Shown: positions 18,752-28,737, numbered from the stretch's first letter. The stretch: 64,000 nt of DNA from an uncultured bacterium (GCA_964590395.1 CAZPVT010000021.1:1329-65328), one strand, 5' to 3'. Translations and numbers: made by a program. Notes: generated by a model from the letters alone, not told the origin.

Positions 18752-20356
18752 TTGGCAACTAAAGTCTTTGGCGGGGGTGGTAAAGGCACCCTGTGTATTG
18801 ATATCGGCTCCAATTCGGTGAAATTTGTCAAACTGGAGGGTGGTAGGGTTTTAGATTACGGCTTGAAAGAGATCGGCGAGGCTTTTGATGTGCCCTCCAT
18901 TTTGCGGGAGCTGATCAAGGATTATCGGCCACGGGAGGTTTATACCTTCGTTTCCGGCCCCTCGGTGAGTGTACGTCAGGCACCGTTCCCCAAAATGAAC
19001 CGTCGAGAACTCAAGGATGCGATACTACTGCGTTTGGACAAATATTCCCCATTTACACTGGATGAGGCGATTTTTGACTTTAAGACCCTTGGACCGGTAC
19101 GCGAGGCGGGAGCAATCAAAGACAATGTGATGGTTATTGCTGCGCGCAAGGATATTGTTTCCGATCACATCTCCACCTTGCGTAAGGCAGGGTTAGAACC
19201 TTCAGCGATCAGTGTTGTGCCCTTTACCCTACACGCGGCAGCAAGGAAATTCGGGCGGGTAAAGCCTGATGAGACGATCTGTCTTTTGGACATCGGGGCG
19301 GAATTTACCGATATGGTATTTATGAAAGGAGAGCGGCTGGATTTGGCACGTACTGTTACTGCCGCCGGGAATGCGATTACTGAAGCAATGACCGTGGCTA
19401 TCACTACTGAAGAAGGTCAGTTGGCGCTGGATGCCTATGACGCAGAGGAACTAAAGCGAAAGTACGGTATTCCACCGGAGGATTCCACAGAGCGTTTGCC
19501 TTCCGGGATTATGATCAAACGGCTGTCGATACTCCAGCGGCCGGCTTTAGAGCGATTTATTGCCGAAGTCAACCGTTCCCTTGATTATTACCGCCGGGAG
19601 TTCGGAGAACAGAAGATCGATCGGCTACTGATCTGCGGTGGAACCGCGGCATTGAAAGGGTTAAGGGAGTATCTCCAGACAAGTCTGGGCATACCAACCG
19701 AGGTCTTCGATCCGTTCAAGGATTTTGGATTGTATAAGAGAGGAGTGACACCAGAGGAGGAAATCGGTCACCGGCTGGTAGCGGCACTCGGGTTGTATTA
19801 TGACCATACCGCGGTTGATCTGTTACCGGTGGAGATGAAAGCCGGTCAGTACATTGCCCGGGACATCAGGATGATGACGGTTGGTGGGATATTCTGGGCG
19901 GGGTTGCTGATACTGGGTTATATCTTGGTTGCGGGTTGGTCAGGAATTTCCCGGGCTGCGGTTATGCGATTGAGAAACGAGATTAAGGCGACTGAGGAAC
20001 AGAATCGGACCTATTTTGAATTGGAAAAGGAGATTGCCGATTTAGAGGCAAGACAGCGGGCATTGACGGGTGTTGTTGGCGAGGTTATGCCGGCAGTACC
20101 GGTGATGGCAAAGGTATCAACGATAGTTCCTTTGAATATCCAACTGAACACATTTACCCTGAGTAACCGGACGAATATCAAGTTGACCGGTGTGGTCAGT
20201 GGCGAGCCACATCTTTTAGATGTCGACTTGGCACAGTTTTTAATCGACCTCGAGCGCAGTCCACTTTTTAAGCAGGTGCAGTTAGTTTCCAAGAACCGTA
20301 GTAGCCTGCAGGGTGAGACGGTTCTGGAATTTGAAATCCAGTGTGTTACGGAGTAG
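18752..20356 (+). CDS. pilM: PilM-PilN fusion (type IV pilus assembly)
   Basis: Actin-like IDIGSNSVK, LDIGAEFT, ICGGTA; then VDLLP (PilN INLLP-like), TM helix, coiled coil and LERSPLFKQV PilN-like domain. Confidence 0.85.
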   Translation: MATKVFGGGGKGTLCIDIGSNSVKFVKLEGGRVLDYGLKEIGEAFDVPSILRELIKDYRPREVYTFVSGPSVSVRQAPFPKMNRRELKDAILLRLDKYSPFTLDEAIFDFKTLGPVREAGAIKDNVMVIAARKDIVSDHISTLRKAGLEPSAISVVPFTLHAAARKFGRVKPDETICLLDIGAEFTDMVFMKGERLDLARTVTAAGNAITEAMTVAITTEEGQLALDAYDAEELKRKYGIPPEDSTERLPSGIMIKRLSILQRPALERFIAEVNRSLDYYRREFGEQKIDRLLICGGTAALKGLREYLQTSLGIPTEVFDPFKDFGLYKRGVTPEEEIGHRLVAALGLYYDHTAVDLLPVEMKAGQYIARDIRMMTVGGIFWAGLLILGYILVAGWSGISRAAVMRLRNEIKATEEQNRTYFELEKEIADLEARQRALTGVVGEVMPAVPVMAKVSTIVPLNIQLNTFTLSNRTNIKLTGVVSGEPHLLDVDLAQFLIDLERSPLFKQVQLVSKNRSSLQGETVLEFEIQCVTE

Positions 20357-20359
20357 ACT

Positions 20360-20935
20360 ATGAAACTAATTGAAAGAAGGGTAGTTCTCATCGGAATAGT
20401 TATTTATGTCGTTTTGGGGATCGGCTTTTGGTTTCTGCTTTATCAGCCAAGGTTAAATGCCCGGCAGAAAACTGTTGCTGAGATAAAGGAGTTGCAGAAA
20501 CAACTGGATGAAACCAAGGCACGGATTGCCCAGATGCCCAAATTAAGAGCGAAGAAAGAGCAGTTGGGGATGGAGATAGCCGGCATCTGGGAGCGGGTCG
20601 TTCCCCGTTCAGAGATGCTGGGACTTTTCCGGCAGCTGGCACAGGAGGCAGAGCGCCAGCGGGTACGTTTTTTAGAGGTCGCTCCCCCCGGTTTGGATAC
20701 GCTTTTGGAAGAGGAGGGGCCGAGTGCCCAAGTTCGGCCGGTACCGTTTATGGTAACGGTTCAGGGACGGTACTTGGATATCGGCCGGTTTGTTGAGGGT
20801 CTTGCACAGTACCCATATTTCGTGCGCGTTCCTGATTTTGATATCAATGCTCGTGAGGATATCCGGCCAGAGGTCGAGGCTAAGATGCTGGTTAATATCT
20901 ATGCGTCCAGTCTGGCGGGCAGGAGAGGTTTGTGA
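20360..20935 (+). CDS. pilO: type IV pilus assembly protein PilO
   Basis: N-terminal TM, coiled coil, VTVQGRYLDIGRFVEGL; follows pilMN. Confidence 0.85.
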   Translation: MKLIERRVVLIGIVIYVVLGIGFWFLLYQPRLNARQKTVAEIKELQKQLDETKARIAQMPKLRAKKEQLGMEIAGIWERVVPRSEMLGLFRQLAQEAERQRVRFLEVAPPGLDTLLEEEGPSAQVRPVPFMVTVQGRYLDIGRFVEGLAQYPYFVRVPDFDINAREDIRPEVEAKMLVNIYASSLAGRRGL

Positions 20936-21498
20936 GACGAATTATTATTTTGGTTGTTGTCGTCGCGATGGTAGTGCTGGGGGCCGTGCTCTTTTTACGT
21001 AAGCCGAAAGCCAGTTCAGCTAGTTCAAAGAAAAAGACCACGCAGACAGAATCGGCTTCAGCCACCGAGCAATCAAAATCTCGGGGACGCAGCGCGGGCA
21101 AAACAGCAGGCAGGGTTAAAGCAAAGACCAAAGAGGAGCGTGCGGCAGAACGAAAGCGTATCCGCCAAGAGGAGAAGCGAAGAAGAAAAGAGTTGAAGCG
21201 GCGGGAACGGGAGAGAAAGCGGATGCTGAAGTATGCGCGTAGTCGTCGGGGCAAAAGAAAAACCGGAAGGAAGGGTACTTACTATGTAGTTAAGGCGATA
21301 GTCTCGTTAGGGGACGAGAGTTATGCCCTGATCGATAGTCGCCGGGTTCGAGTTGGTGATGTGGTAATGGGAAGAAAAATTGTAGCAATTCAGTCCGACC
21401 GGATCGAGGTAGAGGCATTTGGACGTCGTACTACGATCAGGGTGGGAGAGAGTCTATTGCCAATGAGTTATTTTACTAGGAAAAGTGGAAGAATTTAA
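20932..21498 (+). CDS. hypothetical membrane-anchored protein, very basic, with PilP/GspC-like beta domain
   Basis: TM helix, Lys/Arg-rich helix, C-terminal ALIDSRRVRVGD...IVAIQSDRI. Confidence 0.6.
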   Translation: MRRIIILVVVVAMVVLGAVLFLRKPKASSASSKKKTTQTESASATEQSKSRGRSAGKTAGRVKAKTKEERAAERKRIRQEEKRRRKELKRRERERKRMLKYARSRRGKRKTGRKGTYYVVKAIVSLGDESYALIDSRRVRVGDVVMGRKIVAIQSDRIEVEAFGRRTTIRVGESLLPMSYFTRKSGRI

Positions 21499-21516
21499 AA
21501 AAGAGAAAGGAGTGTT

Positions 21517-21978
21517 GTGAGGCAGAGATTTTTAGTAATTTTAGCACTGGTAGTGGCGGTGCTGGCGGTCGTTACCCTGGTTCGATCAAAACCTTCAGTT
21601 GCCCCTCAGATTATTACAAATGAAGTGACAACCGAGGTTACGAGACGGGCTAAAGGTAAGGCAGCCAAATTGAAATCGAGGGTTCAAGAGGCGGTAGCAC
21701 CGCTGACCACGCCGAAGGACTTTTCCTCGCCGGTTTATACCGAACCGATTGAATGGGGTAGTGATCCATTCGTGCGTGACTGGATGCTGATGAGTGAGGT
21801 CGCTAATCTTAATCTTAGGGCAATCACAGTAACCAGTGATGGTGGTAGTGCCCTAATCAATGACCAGATAGTCCAAGCTGGTGATTTAATCAGTGGTAAA
21901 AAGGTGGTAAGTATTGAACCCGACCGGGTAACGCTGGAACAGGGTGGTAGGACGTTTACTTTGATATTGGGGGAGTAA
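21517..21978 (+). CDS. PilP/GspB-like membrane-anchored protein
   Basis: TM helix, W.SDPF, ALINDQIVQAGD...VVSIEPDRVTL; precedes the secretin. Confidence 0.65.
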   Translation: MRQRFLVILALVVAVLAVVTLVRSKPSVAPQIITNEVTTEVTRRAKGKAAKLKSRVQEAVAPLTTPKDFSSPVYTEPIEWGSDPFVRDWMLMSEVANLNLRAITVTSDGGSALINDQIVQAGDLISGKKVVSIEPDRVTLEQGGRTFTLILGE

Positions 21979-21981
21979 AGT

Positions 21982-23577
21982 ATGAAAAACACAAAAACAG
22001 TTTTTGTCGCAGTAATTTTTTCTCTTTTCGCCGCAGGTATTATTCAGGCACAAGTAGTCGTTAAGGATGTCGCGGTAGATAAACTGCTGGATGGGGTGCG
22101 AGTGTCGATCGCGTGCATTGGCAATCCCAATATTAGTTCGTTTGTTACCCAGGATCCGCCGGCTATTGTGATTGACATTATGGATGCGAGTGCACGGCTG
22201 ACACAGGAAAGGATTGTTTCTTCTTACTATCCGGTAACCGCAGTAACAGTTAAGCCGAGTGAGGCGATAAATGGAGTACGGGCGACCATTATGCTCAAAA
22301 ATATGATGCGTCATAAAGTTACTAATGAGAACGGGGTGATTGCGGTTCAGGTTGGCACACAACCACTACCGCCACCACCGGCGCCGATGCCGGAAGACCA
22401 GTTCAGCGGAAAGCCGTCCCTGACACTTTTAGTTCAGGATGCTGAGGTTACCAGCGTTTTACGGATGCTTGCTCGCCAGTTCGACCTTAACCTGATGGTA
22501 ACCCAGGATGTAAAGTCAGTAGTCAGCGTGAGATTGAATGAGGTACCGTTGCGGTCTGGTCTGGAAGCGCTGGTGAAAGCCGCGGGGTGTAATATGGTGG
22601 AGGATCGAACCGGTGTGTTGATTGTGAAGCCCTTGAAGAAGGAGATGTACGGAGAGCTACAGACGCGGGTATTTAATTTGGATTATGTTGAGGCCGATGA
22701 CGCACTTAAGGCGATTAAGAAGACGCTGTCACCGTTAGGAGAGGCGGTTCAAGGGTTCCGCCGGGTGGGGACCAAGGGCGGTGGTATGGAACGGAGTGCG
22801 GTGTTAGTGGTAAGTGATGTTCCCGAAGCATTAGAAGAGGTGGCGAAGGTAATTGCGGAGTTAGACCGTCCGATGGCCCAAATTGCTATTGAGGCGAAGT
22901 TTATTGAAACTACCCGTTCATCCCAAGACCGGTTCGGAATTGACTGGACACCGGTTGCATCATTCAGCACCGAGTTACCCGAGATTGGTGATGAAGTGGC
23001 TGTTCCTGTCATTATCAAGGAGATGCTGGTCGGCAAGATTTCCTTTTCTCAATTTACCGCGGCTATTGAGTTGGTGATGTCCCGAGGCAGGTCGCGGGTA
23101 CTTGCCAATCCGAGGACAGTCACACTGGATAATCAAACCGCATCGGTGAGTATGGGACTGGATGTACCGATTCGTGAGGTTAATAAGGATCCGAATACCG
23201 GTGAAATTACTTATACTTGGCGGACACGGTCGATTCCGATAAAAATGGAGGTTACCCCACATGTAACTTCTGACGGAATGATTACAATGAACGTGAAACC
23301 ATCGGTTTCTGCGATCACCGGCTGGGTCGGTTCGGCAGATGACCGACAACCGATAGTGGCAAAGCGTGAAGCAGAGACACAGGTCAAGGTTGCAGAGGGT
23401 GAGGTAGTAGTAATCGGGGGACTGGTGAAGGATGAAGAGACGAAAAATGTCGGTAAAATTCCGTTACTTGGCGACATTCCATTTCTTGGCCATCTATTTA
23501 AGAAGACCTCGATTGAGCGGACGAAGAGCGATCTGATGATATTTATCATTCCGCACATTATTAATCCGGAGGGGTAA
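21982..23577 (+). CDS. pilQ: secretin PilQ (AMIN-like, N-domains, secretin domain)
   Basis: QIAIEAKFIE, LANPRTVTLDNQTA, VTPHV, VIGGL, KIPLLGDIPFLG.LF. Confidence 0.93.
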   Translation: MKNTKTVFVAVIFSLFAAGIIQAQVVVKDVAVDKLLDGVRVSIACIGNPNISSFVTQDPPAIVIDIMDASARLTQERIVSSYYPVTAVTVKPSEAINGVRATIMLKNMMRHKVTNENGVIAVQVGTQPLPPPPAPMPEDQFSGKPSLTLLVQDAEVTSVLRMLARQFDLNLMVTQDVKSVVSVRLNEVPLRSGLEALVKAAGCNMVEDRTGVLIVKPLKKEMYGELQTRVFNLDYVEADDALKAIKKTLSPLGEAVQGFRRVGTKGGGMERSAVLVVSDVPEALEEVAKVIAELDRPMAQIAIEAKFIETTRSSQDRFGIDWTPVASFSTELPEIGDEVAVPVIIKEMLVGKISFSQFTAAIELVMSRGRSRVLANPRTVTLDNQTASVSMGLDVPIREVNKDPNTGEITYTWRTRSIPIKMEVTPHVTSDGMITMNVKPSVSAITGWVGSADDRQPIVAKREAETQVKVAEGEVVVIGGLVKDEETKNVGKIPLLGDIPFLGHLFKKTSIERTKSDLMIFIIPHIINPEG

Positions 23578-23634
23578 TTTACCCGAGCACTTGATCGTGG
23601 AAATGAGCGTGGGTGATAGTTCTCATTACCGTGA

Positions 23635-24771
23635 ATGAATATTGATGAGCTGTTACGTTATGCGGCAAAGTATGGTGCGTCAGACTTACACATAACCGCA
23701 GGAAATTCTCCGGTCATCCGGGTTAACGGCCGGTTAAAAAAAATTCCAGGACCAGCACTGAGTGGTGAGGATGCAGAGGCGCTGGTATATTCTATTTTGA
23801 ACGATGAACAGCGGGACGCAGTAGAACGGAAAAGGGAGATCGACCTTTCATATACCTGGGGGAATGCGACCCGGCGAGTTTTACCTGAGTCACTGACTTT
23901 GGAATATATTACTCCGGAGCGGGTCAGGGCAAGGGTTAATGTGTTTTTGGACCTGAACGGGGTGGGTGCGGCTTTCCGGATTATCCCGGCAAAAATCAGG
24001 ACACTTGAGGAATTACCAGCACCTTCCTCGGTCGCCGAGTTAACAAGGTGCCACTCTGGATTGGTTTTGGTTACCGGACCAACCGGGTGCGGGAAGTCAA
24101 CAACCCTTGCCAGCATGATTGACCTGATTGACCAGGAGCGGGCAGTGCGGATAATTACCATTGAGGATCCGATTGAGTACATCTTCCAGCCGCACAACTG
24201 TCTTATTAGCCAGAGGGAGATCGGTACCCATTCCCAGTCATTTGCTTCTGCATTGCGCGCCTGTCTACGTGAAGACCCAGACGTCATTCTGTTGGGTGAA
24301 ATGCGAGATCTCGAGACCATCAGCCTTGCTCTGACCGCAGCAGAGACCGGTCATTTGGTGCTTTCTACACTGCATACTAATAATGTTGCGGAGACGGTTG
24401 ACCGGGTGATTGATGTATTTCCCGCGGACCAGCAGGAGTATGTTCGGCAGGTGTTTGCCAGCGTGGTTCGGGGCATAATTTCTCAGATACTTTTACCTCG
24501 CCGTGATGGCCGAGGCAGGGTTGCAGCGATGGAGGTGCTAATCGCCACTCCGGCAATCAAAAATTTGATCCGGGAGGCAAAAATTCATCAGATTCCGTCA
24601 TTGGTGCAGACCGGCTCCCAGTATGGGATGCAGACGATGGATCAGTGTCTTGAGATACTTTTGAGCCGGAACCTGATTGCGCCGGAAATTGCTTATGCGG
24701 TGGCGAATGAGAAAAAATTATTTGTGCCTCCTGAGGCACCGGTTTCGGTGCCCGGTCCAAAGGGGCAGTGA
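23635..24771 (+). CDS. pilT: pilus retraction ATPase PilT
   Basis: GASDLHI, GPTGCGKST, TIEDPIE, LREDPDVILLGEMRD, AIKNLIRE, GMQTMD. Confidence 0.95.
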   Translation: MNIDELLRYAAKYGASDLHITAGNSPVIRVNGRLKKIPGPALSGEDAEALVYSILNDEQRDAVERKREIDLSYTWGNATRRVLPESLTLEYITPERVRARVNVFLDLNGVGAAFRIIPAKIRTLEELPAPSSVAELTRCHSGLVLVTGPTGCGKSTTLASMIDLIDQERAVRIITIEDPIEYIFQPHNCLISQREIGTHSQSFASALRACLREDPDVILLGEMRDLETISLALTAAETGHLVLSTLHTNNVAETVDRVIDVFPADQQEYVRQVFASVVRGIISQILLPRRDGRGRVAAMEVLIATPAIKNLIREAKIHQIPSLVQTGSQYGMQTMDQCLEILLSRNLIAPEIAYAVANEKKLFVPPEAPVSVPGPKGQ

Positions 24772-25568
24772 TTTGGTTCATTTTTGCCCTACTGGGGCTG
24801 GTCTTCGGTAGCTTTTTTAATGTTTGCATCTGGCGGATTCCTCGCGGTGAGTCAATAAATTACCCCCCATCTCATTGTCCCAAGTGTAAGAGACAAATTC
24901 GGGTATATGATAATATTCCACTACTCAGTTACATACTGCTCAAAGGAAGGTGCCGTAACTGCGGTCAGCCGATATCACCACGATACCCGGTTATCGAGGT
25001 AATAACGGCGTTGCTCTTTGTCGGTAGCTATGCCCAATTTGGTTTACACTGGCAGTTAGTCCGCGTGCTGGTTTTTATCGGTTTTCTCATCGTTCTTGGT
25101 GGGATTGATTTTGATCACGGAATTTTACCGGTAAAGTTATCTTTGGCGGGGTCAATTATCGGGTTGCTAACTGCGCTATTACCGGTCTTTGATTTTTCGA
25201 TAACAGCGGCTTTATGGGGCGGGTTAATCGGCGCGGGTTTTGTCCTTTTTGCTTGGGCGTTGTGGCGCTTTGTGCTTGCCCGGCCCTTTGCTCGACTCGG
25301 GGTAAAAAATAGGGAAGGGATGGGCTGGGGTGACCTTCCATTTGCGGGAATGATCGGTATCTTCGCCGGACCAAAGGGAATGACGGTTGGTCTGGCGATA
25401 GCGGTCTTTGCCGGTGTTTTTTGGGGTTTACTGGCAAGAGCGATGGGCAGATTCAAGAAGGGACAGGAGATGCCATTTGGCCCTTTTCTTGCGCTGGGAG
25501 GAATTATTGGTCTGTTTTTCGGGGGTGGGATAGCAGACTGGTACTGCCGGTTGGTGATCGGTCGTTAG
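24768..25568 (+). CDS. pilD: prepilin peptidase PilD
   Basis: GSFFNVCIWRIP, two CxxC motifs, GMGWGD, PFGPFL. Confidence 0.95.
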   Translation: MIWFIFALLGLVFGSFFNVCIWRIPRGESINYPPSHCPKCKRQIRVYDNIPLLSYILLKGRCRNCGQPISPRYPVIEVITALLFVGSYAQFGLHWQLVRVLVFIGFLIVLGGIDFDHGILPVKLSLAGSIIGLLTALLPVFDFSITAALWGGLIGAGFVLFAWALWRFVLARPFARLGVKNREGMGWGDLPFAGMIGIFAGPKGMTVGLAIAVFAGVFWGLLARAMGRFKKGQEMPFGPFLALGGIIGLFFGGGIADWYCRLVIGR

Positions 25569-25569
25569 G

Positions 25570-26541
25570 CTAATCCTCCTGAATGTGAAACTCAACGATA
25601 TCCCGGTCCCTCAAAATATGTTGCCTTTCTACCCGTTGACCAGAGAAGCCGTAGTTATTCCAGAGCCGGGCATAAGCAAGTTTACGGGCGAAATCCTTGT
25701 GTAAATGATATGCCGCATCAATTACCGTTGCCCCGATTTTAAGGACAACCGGGTCTTCAAGATCAGGAGGATGGCCGGGTTTTTTGGTGTAAACCCGGAT
25801 GATTTTTAACTCCTCAAAGACCCGAGATTTGAACTGCTCTAACCCCTGCCCGGTTACAACCGAGACTAAAATTATTTCCAAATCACTCAGCAATTCTTTT
25901 AAAACGGCAAGTCTTGCCGGTGCATCTTGGTCATCCACCTTTGTACCTAGCCGGATAATAGGTTTTACCGAAAACCCATCTTCCTGGTTAAACCCGATTC
26001 TGTTTTGTCTCAGTAGTTGCTGTATTTGTTCGGTTGTTTCGAGCACGCTGTCGTCGGATAAATCAATTGTCCAGCAGAGCAGGTCTGCGGTGCGTAGGAT
26101 ATGAAACAGCCAGGTAGGTGAGTCTTGTACCATTGGTGGTGTATCAATCAGTTGAATTTGGATATCTTCAAATGGCATCATACCGGCGAGTGGACGGGTG
26201 GTGGTAAACGGATAAGCGGCAACCTCGGTTGCCAAACCGGTGAGCCGGTTAATCAGGGCGGATTTGCCGCTGTTAGGTGCACCAAACACTACCACCTGTC
26301 CTGCACCCTGTTTTTCAACCGAATACCAGTCAGTTCTTTTGCCACTGCTTTTGGCTGCGGAGAGTTCCCGTCGTAGTTTGGCAATCCTGGTTTTGATATC
26401 CGCCTGCATCTTCTCAGTGCCTTTGTGTTTAGGAATAGTCGCAAGCATCTCCTCAAGACATAGCAGTTTCTCCTCCGGTGTTTTTGCTTGGCGAAACCGT
26501 TCTTCAGCCTGTTTATATTCAGGAGTCAAGTTTGCCGGCAT
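25570..26541 (-). CDS. DRG-like OBG-family GTPase with TGS domain
   Basis: MPANLTPEY, PKHKGTEK, GAPNSGKS, YPFTT, DTPP, IIRVYTKKPG, C-terminal TGS. Confidence 0.9.
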   Translation of the reverse strand: MPANLTPEYKQAEERFRQAKTPEEKLLCLEEMLATIPKHKGTEKMQADIKTRIAKLRRELSAAKSSGKRTDWYSVEKQGAGQVVVFGAPNSGKSALINRLTGLATEVAAYPFTTTRPLAGMMPFEDIQIQLIDTPPMVQDSPTWLFHILRTADLLCWTIDLSDDSVLETTEQIQQLLRQNRIGFNQEDGFSVKPIIRLGTKVDDQDAPARLAVLKELLSDLEIILVSVVTGQGLEQFKSRVFEELKIIRVYTKKPGHPPDLEDPVVLKIGATVIDAAYHLHKDFARKLAYARLWNNYGFSGQRVERQHILRDRDIVEFHIQED

Positions 26542-26562
26542 TGTGGAGCAGAGCAGTTTTAA

Positions 26563-27834
26563 TTAAAGCAGTTTTTGTTCCGACACATCCATAAATAATA
26601 GACCTGAGATCAACTTCGGATAGAAATCAGTTGACTTCTGGGGCATCCTCTCCAATTTTTGGGCGAGTGCCTGCACCTGTTCGGGACGCGTGGGGTTTAA
26701 AAACAGCGCTAAGGCAAATTCACCAGAATCAACACGGTTAACGGTATCCTGCCAGTAACGTTCATAGGCGACCACAGATTCTACATCGCCGGGCTTGATG
26801 TCAAACACATTTTCAATTACCAGCCGATGGAGAATGGCAACATCCAGTTTTCGGTATTCCGGGGCTTTATCTTTCAATAGACTATCCAGCAGGTTGTGGT
26901 CTTTAAGGATTAGAAGATAACTGTGGTTTTTACCCAAGTAAATTATAAAGGCGTGGCGATTTTGGTTTTGTATCAGCGCTGAGTGTGCTGTCTCGTCCGA
27001 TACCTGCTGGACAGTAAAGAATTGAGTCAGTTGCTTGAGCGCATCCTGCGGGGAGAGTTTTACCGTGCGGAGCAAGCGGTGGGTGGGCAGAATCATCAGA
27101 CCGGGGTCGGTGATTTTGAAAAATGCCGCGGTCTTGAAGCGCAGTGCGGCGTTTGCCGGCAGGGAAAGTTTTTTCTCCATCTCTTGGCGATAGGTAAGGG
27201 CGGTTTCATAACGATGATGGCCATCCGCGATTAAGAGCACCCTTTCTTTGAACAACTGGTACAGAGCATTCACCTGTGCCGGTTCAACCATTCGCCATAA
27301 TCGGTGAGTTACGCCATACTCATCAACCGCTTGTAACAGCGGTGTTTCAGGAGTTTGGAGCAGACGGTCGATCTCGTCCCTTTCATCCGGATAAAGGAGA
27401 AATATCTGTTCATAGTCCTTCTGGGTGGCGCGCAGTAGGTTCAGACGGTCAACTTTAGGTCCGGAATGGGTGAACTCGTGGGGCAGAACCGTGCCCTTCT
27501 CAAACTCCTCCACTCGGATTGCACCGATAAAGCCCCGGCGTTTCAGGGCGCGGCTGTCAACAGTGAACTCCTCCTCTAAGATATAGAAAGCGGGGATATT
27601 ATCTTCAATCAGCACACCGGTACTGAGCCATTCCTGACAGGTGCGGGCAGAACTCTCGTAGGGATTTTCATCTTTGGGCAGAATCAGTCGGACGAAGCTG
27701 TGGGGATGTTTTTTAAGATAAGCCTCCTGCATTTTCGGGGTGATTTTGTCATAAGGTTGAGTTATCACCGCGTTGATTTCGTTGATGCGTGCGGGATTAT
27801 AACGGATAGCGGGAAACGGTCGGACATCAGCCAT
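26563..27834 (-). CDS. DUF1015 family protein
   Basis: PYDKI, PHEFT, IADGHHRYETA, MPQKSTDFYPK. Confidence 0.9.
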   Translation of the reverse strand: MADVRPFPAIRYNPARINEINAVITQPYDKITPKMQEAYLKKHPHSFVRLILPKDENPYESSARTCQEWLSTGVLIEDNIPAFYILEEEFTVDSRALKRRGFIGAIRVEEFEKGTVLPHEFTHSGPKVDRLNLLRATQKDYEQIFLLYPDERDEIDRLLQTPETPLLQAVDEYGVTHRLWRMVEPAQVNALYQLFKERVLLIADGHHRYETALTYRQEMEKKLSLPANAALRFKTAAFFKITDPGLMILPTHRLLRTVKLSPQDALKQLTQFFTVQQVSDETAHSALIQNQNRHAFIIYLGKNHSYLLILKDHNLLDSLLKDKAPEYRKLDVAILHRLVIENVFDIKPGDVESVVAYERYWQDTVNRVDSGEFALALFLNPTRPEQVQALAQKLERMPQKSTDFYPKLISGLLFMDVSEQKLL

Positions 27835-28737
27835 TTATACTCCCTTCAGCGCATCGCGCACCTTCTCCGCGATTCCGATGCCGGCGCGATATTGGCCCTC
27901 TTTGGTCTGGGCACCGATATGGGGTGTGCCAATCACCTGGGGCAGGGAGAAAAGTTTAAAGTCATCGGGCGGTTCCTTTTCGAACACATCAAGTGCCGCA
28001 CCGGCAACCTGTCCGGACTGAATTGCCTCATAGAGTGCCACCTCATCAATTACGCCACCACGCGCACAGTTGATGATATAGACACCCTTCTTCATTTTGG
28101 CAAATGCTTCACGGTTCAACAGATGGGTCGTTTCCGGTGTCTTGGGAATATGGAGCGAGATGAAGTCTGATTTTGCCAGCAGTTCATCTATATCGCATAA
28201 CTGGCCACACTCCGGTTTTACGCCAGGCAAATCTTTGACCAAAACATTCATTCCCAGCGCCTGAGCCCTCTTTGCCAGTTCGGTGCCGATTCTGCCTGAA
28301 CCGATGATGCCCAAGGTTTTGCCGAAGAGTTCTATTCCTTTAAATGCCTTTTTCTCCCACTTGCCGGAGCGCAAAGAGGCGGTCGCCTGCGGAATAGCAC
28401 GGACAAGGGCAAACATCATACCCAGTGCCAGTTCCGCAACCGAGACCGATGTCGCCTCAGGCGTATTGACAACCTTTATACCCCTTGCTTCGGCCGCCTT
28501 TCTGTCAACATTATCCAGACCAACACCCGCGCGGCCAATTACCTTTAAGTTCTTGCCGGCATTAATCACCTCAGCGGTAACTTTGGTGGCACTGCGGACG
28601 ATTATCGCATCATACTCGGGAATCACCTGTAACAGTTCTCCCGGGGTCAAGCCGGGCTTTTCGTTAACGGTAAACCCGGCATCTTTAAGGAGTTTTACTC
28701 CTTCAGGGGCAATCGGGTCGGTAATAATTATTTTCAT
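27835..28737 (-). CDS. serA: D-3-phosphoglycerate dehydrogenase (short form, no ACT domain)
   Basis: IVRSATKVT, GRAGVGLDNVD, GIIGSGRIG, INCARGG, TPHIGAQT; promoter TTGACT-17-TAAAAT. Confidence 0.85.
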   Translation of the reverse strand: MKIIITDPIAPEGVKLLKDAGFTVNEKPGLTPGELLQVIPEYDAIIVRSATKVTAEVINAGKNLKVIGRAGVGLDNVDRKAAEARGIKVVNTPEATSVSVAELALGMMFALVRAIPQATASLRSGKWEKKAFKGIELFGKTLGIIGSGRIGTELAKRAQALGMNVLVKDLPGVKPECGQLCDIDELLAKSDFISLHIPKTPETTHLLNREAFAKMKKGVYIINCARGGVIDEVALYEAIQSGQVAGAALDVFEKEPPDDFKLFSLPQVIGTPHIGAQTKEGQYRAGIGIAEKVRDALKGV

